Assembly (NCBI GenBank): GCA_016191435.1 | Contig: JACPOQ010000028.1 | Coordinates: 241,155-305,154 of the forward strand | Origin: Chloroflexota bacterium | GTDB taxonomy: Bacteria; Chloroflexota; Dehalococcoidia; Tepidiformales; Tepidiformaceae | DNA: 64,000 nt | Reading direction: 5' to 3' | In this document: piece after piece, positions 1 through 9,824 of the stretch | Numbering within the stretch: the first letter of the stretch is position 1 | How the letters are laid out: each line of letters opens with the position of its first letter | Program-made: the position numbers and the translations under genes | The notes under the pieces: generated by a model | The model's input: the letters and a program-made list of their open reading frames with translations, nothing else | The model's database searches: none | Told to the model about the DNA's origin: nothing

Positions 1-113
1 TCATCCGCGGCTTTGAGCCGCTGCCGGATGCGATCGCCTACGGGCGCGAGCTGATCCCGCTCGTGCGCGAAGGAGTCGCGAAGCGGGACCGGGCGCCCGC
101 CGGTGTGCGGTAG
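1..113 (+). CDS. 3' end of a gene entering from upstream; tail resembles luciferase-like (LLM) flavin/F420 oxidoreductases
   Basis: Frame 3 reads IRGFEPLPDAIAYGRELIPLVREGVAKRDRAPAGVR, then TAG at 111-113. Only 36 codons are visible, so the family call is weak. Confidence 0.3.
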   Translation, partial: IRGFEPLPDAIAYGRELIPLVREGVAKRDRAPAGVR

Positions 114-172
114 GGCTGGCGCGGGACGATGTAGCCGGCGGCCGATCGAGAACTCCGGGTCGGCCTCGAGCC

Positions 173-1101
<929 letters not shown>

Positions 1102-1102
<1 letters not shown>

Positions 1103-2022
1103 TACCGAGACTCCCGGTCATGGCGGGCGGCGGCTGTCTCGGGCAGGACCTCGACGCGCCCTTCGCCCATGAGCAACTTGGCCCGGTCGTGGATGTTCAG
1201 GCGCTCGAGGTATGAGCGCGGGATCTGCAGGCGCCCGGCCGCATCGACGAGCACATATTCGTCATGCACGAACTCGGTGGTGTTTCCATCATCGTGGACG
1301 CGGCGGAAGATCTCCGTGCTCGTGCGCCCATCGCGGATTGCCACCACGCGGTCCACGCGCGCAGCGATATCCGGGTCGTGGGTGACGATGACAATCGTGA
1401 CGCCGAACCGGCGGTTCAGGTCGCCAAAGAGCTCGAACACGCGGCTGGCGCCGATGGAGTCGAGTTCGCCGGTCGGCTCATCGGCGAGCAGCAGCGGCGG
1501 GTCGTTCGCGAGCGCAACCGCGATGGAGACGCGCTGCTGTTCGCCGCCCGACATCTGGTTCGGGAGGTGGTTCAGCCGCTCGCCGAGCCCGACGGCGTGG
1601 AGCAGTTCGGTTGCGCGATCATGCGCCTGGCGCTTGGACACGCCGTCAAGGATCAGGGGCACTTCAACATTCTGGAGTGCATCCAGGTAGGGGATCAGGT
1701 TGCGGCCCGTCTGCTGCCAGACGAACCCCACCTGGCGGCGCCGGTACTCCACCATTTCGGCGGCGGACATGGTCAGCAAGTCGCGGCCACCGACAAACGC
1801 CCGCCCCGCGCTCGGCTGATCGAGGCCGGCGAGGATGTTGAGGAGCGTGCTCTTGCCAGACCCGGAGGCGCCGACGATGGCCATCAGTTCCCGGCGGCGC
1901 ACCTTCAGGTCCAGCCCCCGCAGCGCGACGACCTCAAGGTTCGCGATCTTGTAGATCTTGAACAGGTCCTCGCAGAGGATATACGGGGGCTCGGGGATGT
2001 TGGCGGCGGCAGGATAGGTCAC
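1102..2022 (-). CDS. ABC transporter ATP-binding protein (MacB/LolD-like), NBD-B, with about 70-aa C-terminal extension
   Basis: Walker A GASGSGKST, signature MSGGEQQRVSIAVA, Walker B LLLADEPTGELD, VTHD. GTG start lies 53 nt after the permease stop. Confidence 0.9.
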
Positions 2023-2075
2023 AGGGCGCCTCGGCGATGGGTCTGCACGATTCCGAACACGATTCGCTCCTGACT

Positions 2076-5000
2076 CTACAGTTCACCCATGCGAAGCGCA
2101 CGGCTCACCGCCAGCCGTGAGTAAAGCAGCACCAAAGCCGACACGGTGGCGACGACAACCAGCCCGAGGAGCACGTACACCGTCGCCACCGCATTCCAGC
2201 TCACACGCGAAATAAGCGGCGGCAGCGGGTCGACGCCTTTCTCCGTTATCCCCATGTAGCCAATCATCAGTCGGCTGAGCGGGAAGCCGAGCAATGTCCC
2301 GGCCGCCACGCCGGCGATGATGACGAACGTCTGCTCGAACGAGACCACGCCGATAATCTGGCGCCCGGAGAAGCCCATGGTACGGAGGATGGCGAACTCC
2401 AACGACCGCGCCTGGGCGCTCAATGTTGAATAGGTCACGAAGCCCAGCCCGCTCAGCAGGAGGACCGCGCCGAAGCTGAGGAAGAGGATGCCCTCCCAGC
2501 TCGCCGCCACGAGTGGGTCGGACTGTTGCTGCGCGAAGATGACCTGCCGGTCATAGATGCCTTCAACCTGGAGGCCGCGATCCAGGAGGCCTTCTTTCGT
2601 GAGCGGTGCGGTGCCCGGTGTCCGCAGCCACGCCGAGTTCGGCGTCGAGGCATCGGCCTGGGTGGGGACGCGAGCGTCGGCGTTGCGGAGCGCCTCGAAA
2701 TCGGAGATGAAGAGGCTGCCTGGCTGCGCTGGATCGTAGCCCGGGAACAGGTCGAAGCTGCCCGCGATTTTGACCAGCACGTACTGGTTGTTGAGGTAGA
2801 CCTTGAACTCGTCGCCCGTCTTCTTCTTCCATGTGCTGAGAAATTTCTGGTCGACGAGGACCGGCAGCGGGCGCTGATCGCTGGCGGCACGCAGGCCGAC
2901 GAGCGTCGCGCCTTTCGTGCCCCGCGTGAACGTGAGCCGCGCCACGGCGCCGGCGCGCCCGCCCGATGCATCACCGCGGCTGAATGCGCCGGGGGACGCG
3001 ACTTCCGAGGCGCCAGTGATCAGCTCATATCGCGCGAGGTCGTCGAACGGTTCGATGACGGTGCCTGCCGAAAACCCGGCCACTCCCCACCCCGGCGCCA
3101 GGGTCGTGGCATCCGTCACCTGCACGTCATCCAGCAGCAGCGTGTTCGGCTCGGGCACCTGCGGGGCGTTGCCGGGCATCCGCACGTAGATCGCGTTCAC
3201 CGTGCGCGGGACGGCCATACCCGATTGTGGCGTCGAGCCCTGAGGCGACCGGTTCCCGCCTCGTGGCGCCGTCAGGTTCGCGACATAAAACTGCCACTGG
3301 CCCGCGACGGCCTTGCCTTCGGGTGCAAGCGGGTATTCCCAGAAGAGCCCGTCGGGGTCCTGGAGGCGGATGCCGAGGGGCAGTGTCGCGTTGGTGGGCT
3401 GCGCCCACAGGCCAAGGTATGTCGCGCCCACCGGCACGACCGGCAGCGGACCTTTCGACTCCGCAGGCGGCAGCTTGACCTTGTCCAGCGTCGCCTTCAG
3501 CGATGAAGACCCGAAGTCCCCGCGCCAGTAGGCGTACTGCGCGAACTCGTCCGGCTTCACGCCGAGCATGGTCAAGTTTTCCGAGCGGAATGTGCTGGCG
3601 TTAAAGAACCCGGGCAGACGGATGACGGGCGTGACTTCGCTGGCGCCAGTGGCGGCCTTGACGGCGTCGACGAACTTGCCGGTCGGCTGCCCGAGGGGCT
3701 TGCGCACATCATCGATGCGCGCCGCCGCCCCGGCCTGGTACGAGGCGCGGTCCTGGTACCCCTGCTCCAGTGTCGCCCGAAAACCGGCTGCGAAGACGCC
3801 GACGGCCGTCGTCAGGATGAGCAGCAGGATCAGGCGGCTATGCTGCAGCGGGCTGCGGACCATGCGCGTCAGCGCGAGCCCGATCGTCGGGCCGTTGAGG
3901 CTGCGCGAAAGCCACACGGCGAGCCGCAACGCGATGGGAAAGAGCCGCAGGAACACCAGCGCCACCATCAGGATGAACAGCGACGGCGTCGCGAGCAGGA
4001 GTGGGTCGGCGGAGAGGTTGCCGAAGAGCTTGTCGGTGACGAGCGAGCCGCGTTCGCGGAGCTGGTAGAAAGCGAACGCGCCGGCGGCGATGAGCACGAG
4101 GTCCAGGTAGTAGCGCAGGAACGCCGGCTGCTGCTGGGGCCGCGAAATCTGTTGCTTGTAGTTGGTAATGCTGAAACGGCAGGCGCGGTAGGCCGGCCAC
4201 ACCAGTGCGACGAAGGCCAGCACCGCGCCCAGCACGGAGAGGCCGAGGGCCCCGAGCGAGAACTGCACGTCGAGCGTGCTGCCGCCGCTGAGGTCGTTGA
4301 AAGGCGGTGTGTAGCCCAGCAGCGAGATCACCCCCGCGGCGAGGAATGGCCCGGTGATCGCGGCGAAGCCGGAGATCCCCGCGGCTTCGATGGCGAACAC
4401 GAGCAGCACCTGGAAGGTGCTTGCCCCGCGGCTCTTCAGCAGCGCAATCTCGCCCGTCTGGCGGTCCACGACCATGCTCGCGACCATCGCGAGGTAGAAC
4501 AGGACGATGCCGACGATCTGAAGCATCAGTGCGAACAGCGGCAGGCGCGTGAAGAACAGCTTCTGGCGGAAGTTCGAAATCGTGTCCGGCAGCTTCGTTT
4601 CGAGCGCGGAGTAGGGGATCTGAGTCTTGATCGCGCCGTCGATCCCGCGCAGGCGGTCCTCGACCTGTTTGGCGTTGCTGCCGGTAATCCTGCCGGTGTC
4701 AATCGTTGCAAGCGTATCGAAACTGGCGTCCATGTCCGGCAGGTACGACGCGAGGACGCCGGTAAAGCTGGACTCATCGATGTAGAAAAGATAGGTGGGC
4801 CAGTTCGCGGTCTCGGCGGAAAGCCGGTCCGCGCGACCGCCCCAATACTCCTCGTCCGCGTCCCTGGGCTCGACGATGGCGGCAACCACGACACGCACGG
4901 GTGCGCGGTCCTCGCGCCAGTGCGGGTACAGCTCGAACGTCTGGCCGACGGACACGCCGAATTTCTTCGCCGCAACGCTTCCGATGGACACCTCGAATTG

Positions 5001-5477
5001 CGGACCGGCCGTGGCCGTAGCCGCGGTTGCAGGTTGGGGCGCCTTGCCTTCGACGATGCGGACGTGGTCGTTGAAGCCATCGATGAACTGGAAGTTCGCA
5101 CGGGGCCGGTCCGGCGCCGAGGAAACCTCGACTCCCGGCGCCGCGAGGAAGAACGTCGCGGATTTCCCGAAATGCACCGTTTCCCTGGTGAGGTCCGAGA
5201 CCGAGGCGAGAAGCGCATCGGTGGTGCCCTTGCGGTCGGCGTACTCTTTCGGCGTGACCTTCCCACTGGAACTCACGGCGCGCAGGTTCAGGTCGCTCTG
5301 CGTCTCCTGCCGTAGCGCGTACTTCAACCCGAGCTCGCGGATCGCGTCGGAGTAGAGGAACACGCTCGCCATCAGGGCCGACGAAAGGACGACGCCCGCC
5401 ACCATCATGATCAGGAGGCGCCAGTGCCCGAGGCTGCGTTGCGCGACCATGCGGACGACGTTGGCGAACTGGCCCAT
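2076..5477 (-). CDS. Giant double-FtsX (MacB-type) ABC permease P1, 1133 aa
   Basis: N-terminal VAQRSLGHWRLL plus a TM helix and two large extracytoplasmic segments. Two FtsX-like 4-helix modules (LFYLAMVASMVVDRQTGEIALLKSRGAS and SLEFAILRTMGFSGRQI) are joined by two linker helices. Confidence 0.9.
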   Translation of the reverse strand: MGQFANVVRMVAQRSLGHWRLLIMMVAGVVLSSALMASVFLYSDAIRELGLKYALRQETQSDLNLRAVSSSGKVTPKEYADRKGTTDALLASVSDLTRETVHFGKSATFFLAAPGVEVSSAPDRPRANFQFIDGFNDHVRIVEGKAPQPATAATATAGPQFEVSIGSVAAKKFGVSVGQTFELYPHWREDRAPVRVVVAAIVEPRDADEEYWGGRADRLSAETANWPTYLFYIDESSFTGVLASYLPDMDASFDTLATIDTGRITGSNAKQVEDRLRGIDGAIKTQIPYSALETKLPDTISNFRQKLFFTRLPLFALMLQIVGIVLFYLAMVASMVVDRQTGEIALLKSRGASTFQVLLVFAIEAAGISGFAAITGPFLAAGVISLLGYTPPFNDLSGGSTLDVQFSLGALGLSVLGAVLAFVALVWPAYRACRFSITNYKQQISRPQQQPAFLRYYLDLVLIAAGAFAFYQLRERGSLVTDKLFGNLSADPLLLATPSLFILMVALVFLRLFPIALRLAVWLSRSLNGPTIGLALTRMVRSPLQHSRLILLLILTTAVGVFAAGFRATLEQGYQDRASYQAGAAARIDDVRKPLGQPTGKFVDAVKAATGASEVTPVIRLPGFFNASTFRSENLTMLGVKPDEFAQYAYWRGDFGSSSLKATLDKVKLPPAESKGPLPVVPVGATYLGLWAQPTNATLPLGIRLQDPDGLFWEYPLAPEGKAVAGQWQFYVANLTAPRGGNRSPQGSTPQSGMAVPRTVNAIYVRMPGNAPQVPEPNTLLLDDVQVTDATTLAPGWGVAGFSAGTVIEPFDDLARYELITGASEVASPGAFSRGDASGGRAGAVARLTFTRGTKGATLVGLRAASDQRPLPVLVDQKFLSTWKKKTGDEFKVYLNNQYVLVKIAGSFDLFPGYDPAQPGSLFISDFEALRNADARVPTQADASTPNSAWLRTPGTAPLTKEGLLDRGLQVEGIYDRQVIFAQQQSDPLVAASWEGILFLSFGAVLLLSGLGFVTYSTLSAQARSLEFAILRTMGFSGRQIIGVVSFEQTFVIIAGVAAGTLLGFPLSRLMIGYMGITEKGVDPLPPLISRVSWNAVATVYVLLGLVVVATVSALVLLYSRLAVSRALRMGEL

Positions 5478-5560
5478 GCTTCCCCCGGCGGGGCACAGAC
5501 TACAGGGCGAATGGCGGGGGGCAAAGGCGGGTCGCCGGGTGGGGATAACGCGGGTAGATT

Positions 5561-8500
5561 GTGCCGCACAGGAGGGCGTCCCTGGGATCGATACTGCCCC
5601 TCGTCCTGCGCCGCAGCCTCGCGGGCCGCGGCATGCTCGCAGTCATGGGCCTCGGCGTGCTGGTGGCCGCGACGTTGCTCGCGAGCGCGCCGATCTACGC
5701 GCGCACAATGGCCGACCTCGGGCTGACGTTCGTCATCCGCGAGGACCTTTCCACGAGCGCCGGCAGCCGCATCGAAGTGCCGCAGGTGCCGCTTCAAACG
5801 AGCGAGGGCAAGGCCATCCAACAGGCGGTCCAGCGCCGTATCGATGAGCGCCTGGGCTGGTTCAGGGCATCGCAGCAGAAGGCCATCCTGATGGGCCGCT
5901 ACTGGATCGTGAAACCTGGCCAGGACGTGTCGCCTTCGAACAGCATCGTCGGGCGCCCGCAAGCAATCCCCGGGTACGAATCACGTGTGCGGGTGCTCGA
6001 TGGCCGCCTGCCGGTAAAGACGGACCGCGGAACGCCGATGGAAGTGGTGATGTCCGCCCGCGGTGCGCAGGTCGCGGGCGTCAAGGTCGGCGATGCGTTC
6101 GACTTCCGCGAGGCGTACGACAGCTGCGAACGCGAGCTGCCGAAAGAGGACCCGCCGCCGCCGCCGCCGCCCTGCAACGCCACCGCGACGCTGCGCTTTT
6201 CGTTCCCGGCGGTGCTTGTCGGGATCGTCGAGGTGCTCGACCCGAAGGAAGCGTTCTGGCCGAGCCCGCCCGAGCAGTACTTCGAACCATACCGCCTCCA
6301 GATCGCGGACGCCGGCATCGTCGTACCAGTGCTAACCGACGACCAGGAGCTGGTACAGACGTTCGGGAGCCAGTACCCAGCTTACACCGCAAGCCTCACC
6401 TGGAACGTGCTCGCGGACCCGACGAAGCTTACGCGGACCAACTACAAGCGCGCGAAGTCGGACATCGAGGAGATGTACAGCGAGCTCGAGGGGCTGCGTG
6501 TGTTCGCGACGAGCCCGTTGCGCGACACGCTCAACCGCTTCGGCCGCAGCGCGGATTACCAGCAGACGCCGCTCGCTATCCTGTTGCTCGAAATCACGGG
6601 CATCGCGCTATTTTACGTCGGGATTGTGGCGGCGATCGTGGTCGAACGGCAGGCGGCGGAGATCTCGCTGCTGCGCAGCCGGGGCGCGAGCCTCATGCAG
6701 ATTGCGACGATTTACCTCTTCCAGGGTTTGCTGCTGGGGCTGCCGGCGATGCTGATTGCTCCCTTCCTCGCGGCGGGAGTGACCGCCGGGCTTGGGCTCG
6801 CCCCGGGCTTCCGGGATGTCAACAATGGCTCGCTGCTGCCGGTCACGATCCCGCCCCTCGCCTTTGTGACAGCGGCCATCGGCGCGGCGCTCTCGCTCGT
6901 AGCCCTGCTGTTGCCGGCGGTCTTTGTCGCACTCCGCAGCGCCACCGCCGTACGCCGGTCCGAATCGCGCCCGGGCGCGTCGCTCCTCCAGCGGTACTAC
7001 CTCGACCTCGTGCTCGCGGGCCTGGCGCTGCTGCTGCTGGTCGAACTCCGCCAGCGCGGGTCGGTGTTCACGCCTTCGGCCACCGGGGGAGTCTCGTCGG
7101 ACCCACTGCTGCTTGCGTCGCCGGCGCTGACGATCGCCGCGGGCGGGGCGCTCGTGCTCCGATTCTACCCGCTGTTCCTGCGCATGGTCGCGCGCGTGAC
7201 GCGCTCCTTCACGGGGACCAGCACCGCGCTCGGCCTGACGCAGGTCGTCCGCAACTCGGGCCAGTACACGCGGCTGACGCTGCTCTTGATGATGGCCGTC
7301 GCCGTCGGCACGTTTGCCGCCAGCTACGCCTCGACCACCGGCCGCTCGTACCGAGAGCGCGCATTCTTTGAATCTGGCGCCGACTTCCGCGCCACGGCCT
7401 CGGCGCCGTTCACGGGCGGCGCCACGCCCGCGGACCTCGAAGCCACCATGAAAAAGATCGACGGCGTCGAGCGCGTGTCGGCAAGCGTGCGGCAGACCGG
7501 GGCGGTCGCCTCCGCCGGGCAGCTCGGCGCCGACTTCCAGCTGCTCGCGGTGGATCCGGCCGCCGCGCGCGACATGCTCTGGTTCCGCGACGATTTCGCG
7601 GACGTCTCGCTGCGCGAGCTGATGGGTGAGATCGCCGCGCCGCCCATCGTCCCTGGCCGCCCGATCCCCGGTGAGCCCGCCACCATCAGCGTGTGGGCCA
7701 GGGGCGACGACTCGCTTGCCGCCGTGACAGTCTGGGCGCGCGTGCGGGACGCGAAGGGGATCTACGCACTCATCGAACTCGGGCCCGGCGATACCGGCGG
7801 GGCGTGGAAACAGTACACCGCGCCCGCGGCCGGGAAATATGGACCAGCCCTCGTCATGCCTTTGACACTCGTGTCGATCCTGACAACCGAGCCATCGAAC
7901 CGATTCTCCACGCAGTACCGCCCGCTATCGCTGGACGACATAACCGTGGCCGACGCCGCCGGCGCAACTTCAGTCGTGGATGACTTCGAGAGCGGTTCCG
8001 GCTGGGCGGCATTCCCCACTCGCGGGAACGGCCAGGACACGTTCGCGGTGACGGCGGATTCGCCGCACGGTGGCAAAGCGAGCGGCACACTCGCGTTCCG
8101 TGTTGGCTCCTCCGAGGGGACGCGCGGGATCTACGCGACGACGCAGCCGTTACCCTTGCCGGTCGTCGTCAGCACGTCGTTCCTCGAGGCCACGGGGCTC
8201 GCTGTCGGCTCTGGGACGCTGGTCAAAGCGCAGTCCGACGCCCTCATCCCGATCGTCATTCGCGGTACCTTCGACCTGTTCCCGACAACGCCGGCGGATG
8301 ATGGGCCCGCGGTCATCATCAACCGCGACCAGGCGATCGCCTGGTCTGAAACCGCGAGCTTCTCGGGCTCCAACACATTCGAACCCAACGAACTCCTCTT
8401 TACCCTCACGCCCAGGGCCGACCGCACCGCGCTCGAAGAGCTCCTGCGCAACCGGCCGTACGAGGCCCACGACATCGTCGACCGCCAGGCCGCCGTCCGT

Positions 8501-8950
8501 TCGAACGCGCAGAACCCGCTGATCGCAGCGGGCGGCAGCGGGATCCTGTTCGTTGCGTTCGCGGCCGTGCTCTTGCTGGTGGGCGCGGCGCTCTTGACGT
8601 CGCTGCTGACATCGGTCCGGCGGCGGCGCGTCGAATTCGCCGTGGCCCGCGCGCTGGGCCTGACGCGGCTGCAGGTCTTTCGGATGCTCGCGCTGGAGTA
8701 CGCCATCGTGGGCGTCGCGGGCGTCGTCACGGGCGCGGTCCTCGGGCTGGTGGTCGGGCGTCAGATGCTCTCGTTCCTCGAAGTCACGGAGACCGGCGGG
8801 AAAGTCGAGCCGTCGTTCATCCTTGAGACGCAGTGGGGTGTGGTCGGCGCCTCGGTGGGGATGGTGGGCGTGGTGTTCTTCGGCGCGCTCCTGCTCGCGA
8901 CGCGCTACCTCGCGCGTACATCAGACGCGCAGGCGCTGCGCACCGAGTAG
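5561..8950 (+). CDS. Giant double-FtsX (MacB-type) ABC permease P2, 1129 aa, paralogue of P1
   Basis: GTG start. LFYVGIVAAIVVERQAAEISLLRSRGAS and RRVEFAVARALGLTRLQV FtsX motifs. Collinear with P1 across the TM core. Confidence 0.9.
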   Translation: MPHRRASLGSILPLVLRRSLAGRGMLAVMGLGVLVAATLLASAPIYARTMADLGLTFVIREDLSTSAGSRIEVPQVPLQTSEGKAIQQAVQRRIDERLGWFRASQQKAILMGRYWIVKPGQDVSPSNSIVGRPQAIPGYESRVRVLDGRLPVKTDRGTPMEVVMSARGAQVAGVKVGDAFDFREAYDSCERELPKEDPPPPPPPCNATATLRFSFPAVLVGIVEVLDPKEAFWPSPPEQYFEPYRLQIADAGIVVPVLTDDQELVQTFGSQYPAYTASLTWNVLADPTKLTRTNYKRAKSDIEEMYSELEGLRVFATSPLRDTLNRFGRSADYQQTPLAILLLEITGIALFYVGIVAAIVVERQAAEISLLRSRGASLMQIATIYLFQGLLLGLPAMLIAPFLAAGVTAGLGLAPGFRDVNNGSLLPVTIPPLAFVTAAIGAALSLVALLLPAVFVALRSATAVRRSESRPGASLLQRYYLDLVLAGLALLLLVELRQRGSVFTPSATGGVSSDPLLLASPALTIAAGGALVLRFYPLFLRMVARVTRSFTGTSTALGLTQVVRNSGQYTRLTLLLMMAVAVGTFAASYASTTGRSYRERAFFESGADFRATASAPFTGGATPADLEATMKKIDGVERVSASVRQTGAVASAGQLGADFQLLAVDPAAARDMLWFRDDFADVSLRELMGEIAAPPIVPGRPIPGEPATISVWARGDDSLAAVTVWARVRDAKGIYALIELGPGDTGGAWKQYTAPAAGKYGPALVMPLTLVSILTTEPSNRFSTQYRPLSLDDITVADAAGATSVVDDFESGSGWAAFPTRGNGQDTFAVTADSPHGGKASGTLAFRVGSSEGTRGIYATTQPLPLPVVVSTSFLEATGLAVGSGTLVKAQSDALIPIVIRGTFDLFPTTPADDGPAVIINRDQAIAWSETASFSGSNTFEPNELLFTLTPRADRTALEELLRNRPYEAHDIVDRQAAVRSNAQNPLIAAGGSGILFVAFAAVLLLVGAALLTSLLTSVRRRRVEFAVARALGLTRLQVFRMLALEYAIVGVAGVVTGAVLGLVVGRQMLSFLEVTETGGKVEPSFILETQWGVVGASVGMVGVVFFGALLLATRYLARTSDAQALRTE
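6152..6172. repeat. (CCG)6CCC trinucleotide run encoding Pro7 inside P2
   Basis: Read directly: ccgccgccgccgccgccgccc, in frame (EDPPPPPPPC). Confidence 0.9.
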
Positions 8951-8965
8951 CCACTACGGGACCCA

Positions 8966-9697
8966 TTACCGCGCGCGTGTCGGCTGCACGAGGATCGCGG
9001 CGGGCGCGTTGCCACTTGCCGACGGCGGGACCGCGACACGGTCGCCTTCGAGGATGTCGCCGACCTGCCCGGTACCAAGCCGATAGAGCGGCGAAACATC
9101 GGTGAGCTGGATGGTAACGGGACCGCCGGGACCGGCGAACTCGAGCGTGGTCCCGGCGATAGACGTGACGGTTCCCCCGATGATCGGGCGGTCCGCGGCG
9201 TCGTTCGAGGCTTCATGGCCGGCGAACCCATTGGGCGAACGCGCCACGCGTTCGGCGTCGGGCGCGGCCCCGGCCGGGAACAGCACGATGGCGTGGATGC
9301 TGAAGTTCCGGACTTCGTTCGGGATGCCGATGACCTGCACCCACTGGCCCGGCTGGATCTCCGCCGCCTTGATCGGCCGGAGGACATCGATGGCGGTGCC
9401 GGGGCCGAGCAGCAGGTCGCGCGGCGCGGGTGGCGGCTTGCCCGTGGCGACATCTTCGGAGATGGAGATGGTGGCGCCCGCGACCTGCTTCACGGTGTAG
9501 CGGGTGACGTTCGGGCCGGTTGCCGGGAAGTTCAGGGGCGGCGCGGCCGGTGGTTGGTCGTTGGCGCCGATGCGCTGCGAGATCAGGATGACGCTCGCAA
9601 GCGTCGCGATGACGGCCACGAACCCCACGAGCGGTAGCAGCCACGGCGCCTGCCACCACGGGATCCGCGAGGGCGACGGGCCGGGGGTCACTGCCAT
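8966..9697 (-). CDS. Hypothetical N-terminally membrane-anchored protein with two beta-rich repeats (DUF5666-like by eye)
   Basis: ATG at 9697 gives MAVTPGPSPSRIPWWQAPWLLPLVGFVAVIATLASVILI (TM helix). Repeats resemble GGTVTSIAGTTLEFAGPGGPVTIQLTD. The longer 363-aa ORF would overlap the divergent gene. Start is uncertain. Confidence 0.45.
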   Translation of the reverse strand: MAVTPGPSPSRIPWWQAPWLLPLVGFVAVIATLASVILISQRIGANDQPPAAPPLNFPATGPNVTRYTVKQVAGATISISEDVATGKPPPAPRDLLLGPGTAIDVLRPIKAAEIQPGQWVQVIGIPNEVRNFSIHAIVLFPAGAAPDAERVARSPNGFAGHEASNDAADRPIIGGTVTSIAGTTLEFAGPGGPVTIQLTDVSPLYRLGTGQVGDILEGDRVAVPPSASGNAPAAILVQPTRAR

Positions 9698-9824
9698 CGG
9701 TGCACGCTGCTCTGGGCCACGCGCGGATGATACCCGCAGATCCACCGGCGCGCCCGCGCGCCGTCTCACCCGAACGAGGGAGTAGGATGCGCGGCGGGCG
9801 AATGTGGCCTGTGGAGGTTCTTGC

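Noticed and set aside
3840-5315. 491-aa plus-strand ORF inside permease P1
   Set aside because: Antisense shadow. The composition is Arg/Glu/Gly-rich and repetitive with no motifs. The minus strand encodes a coherent FtsX permease.
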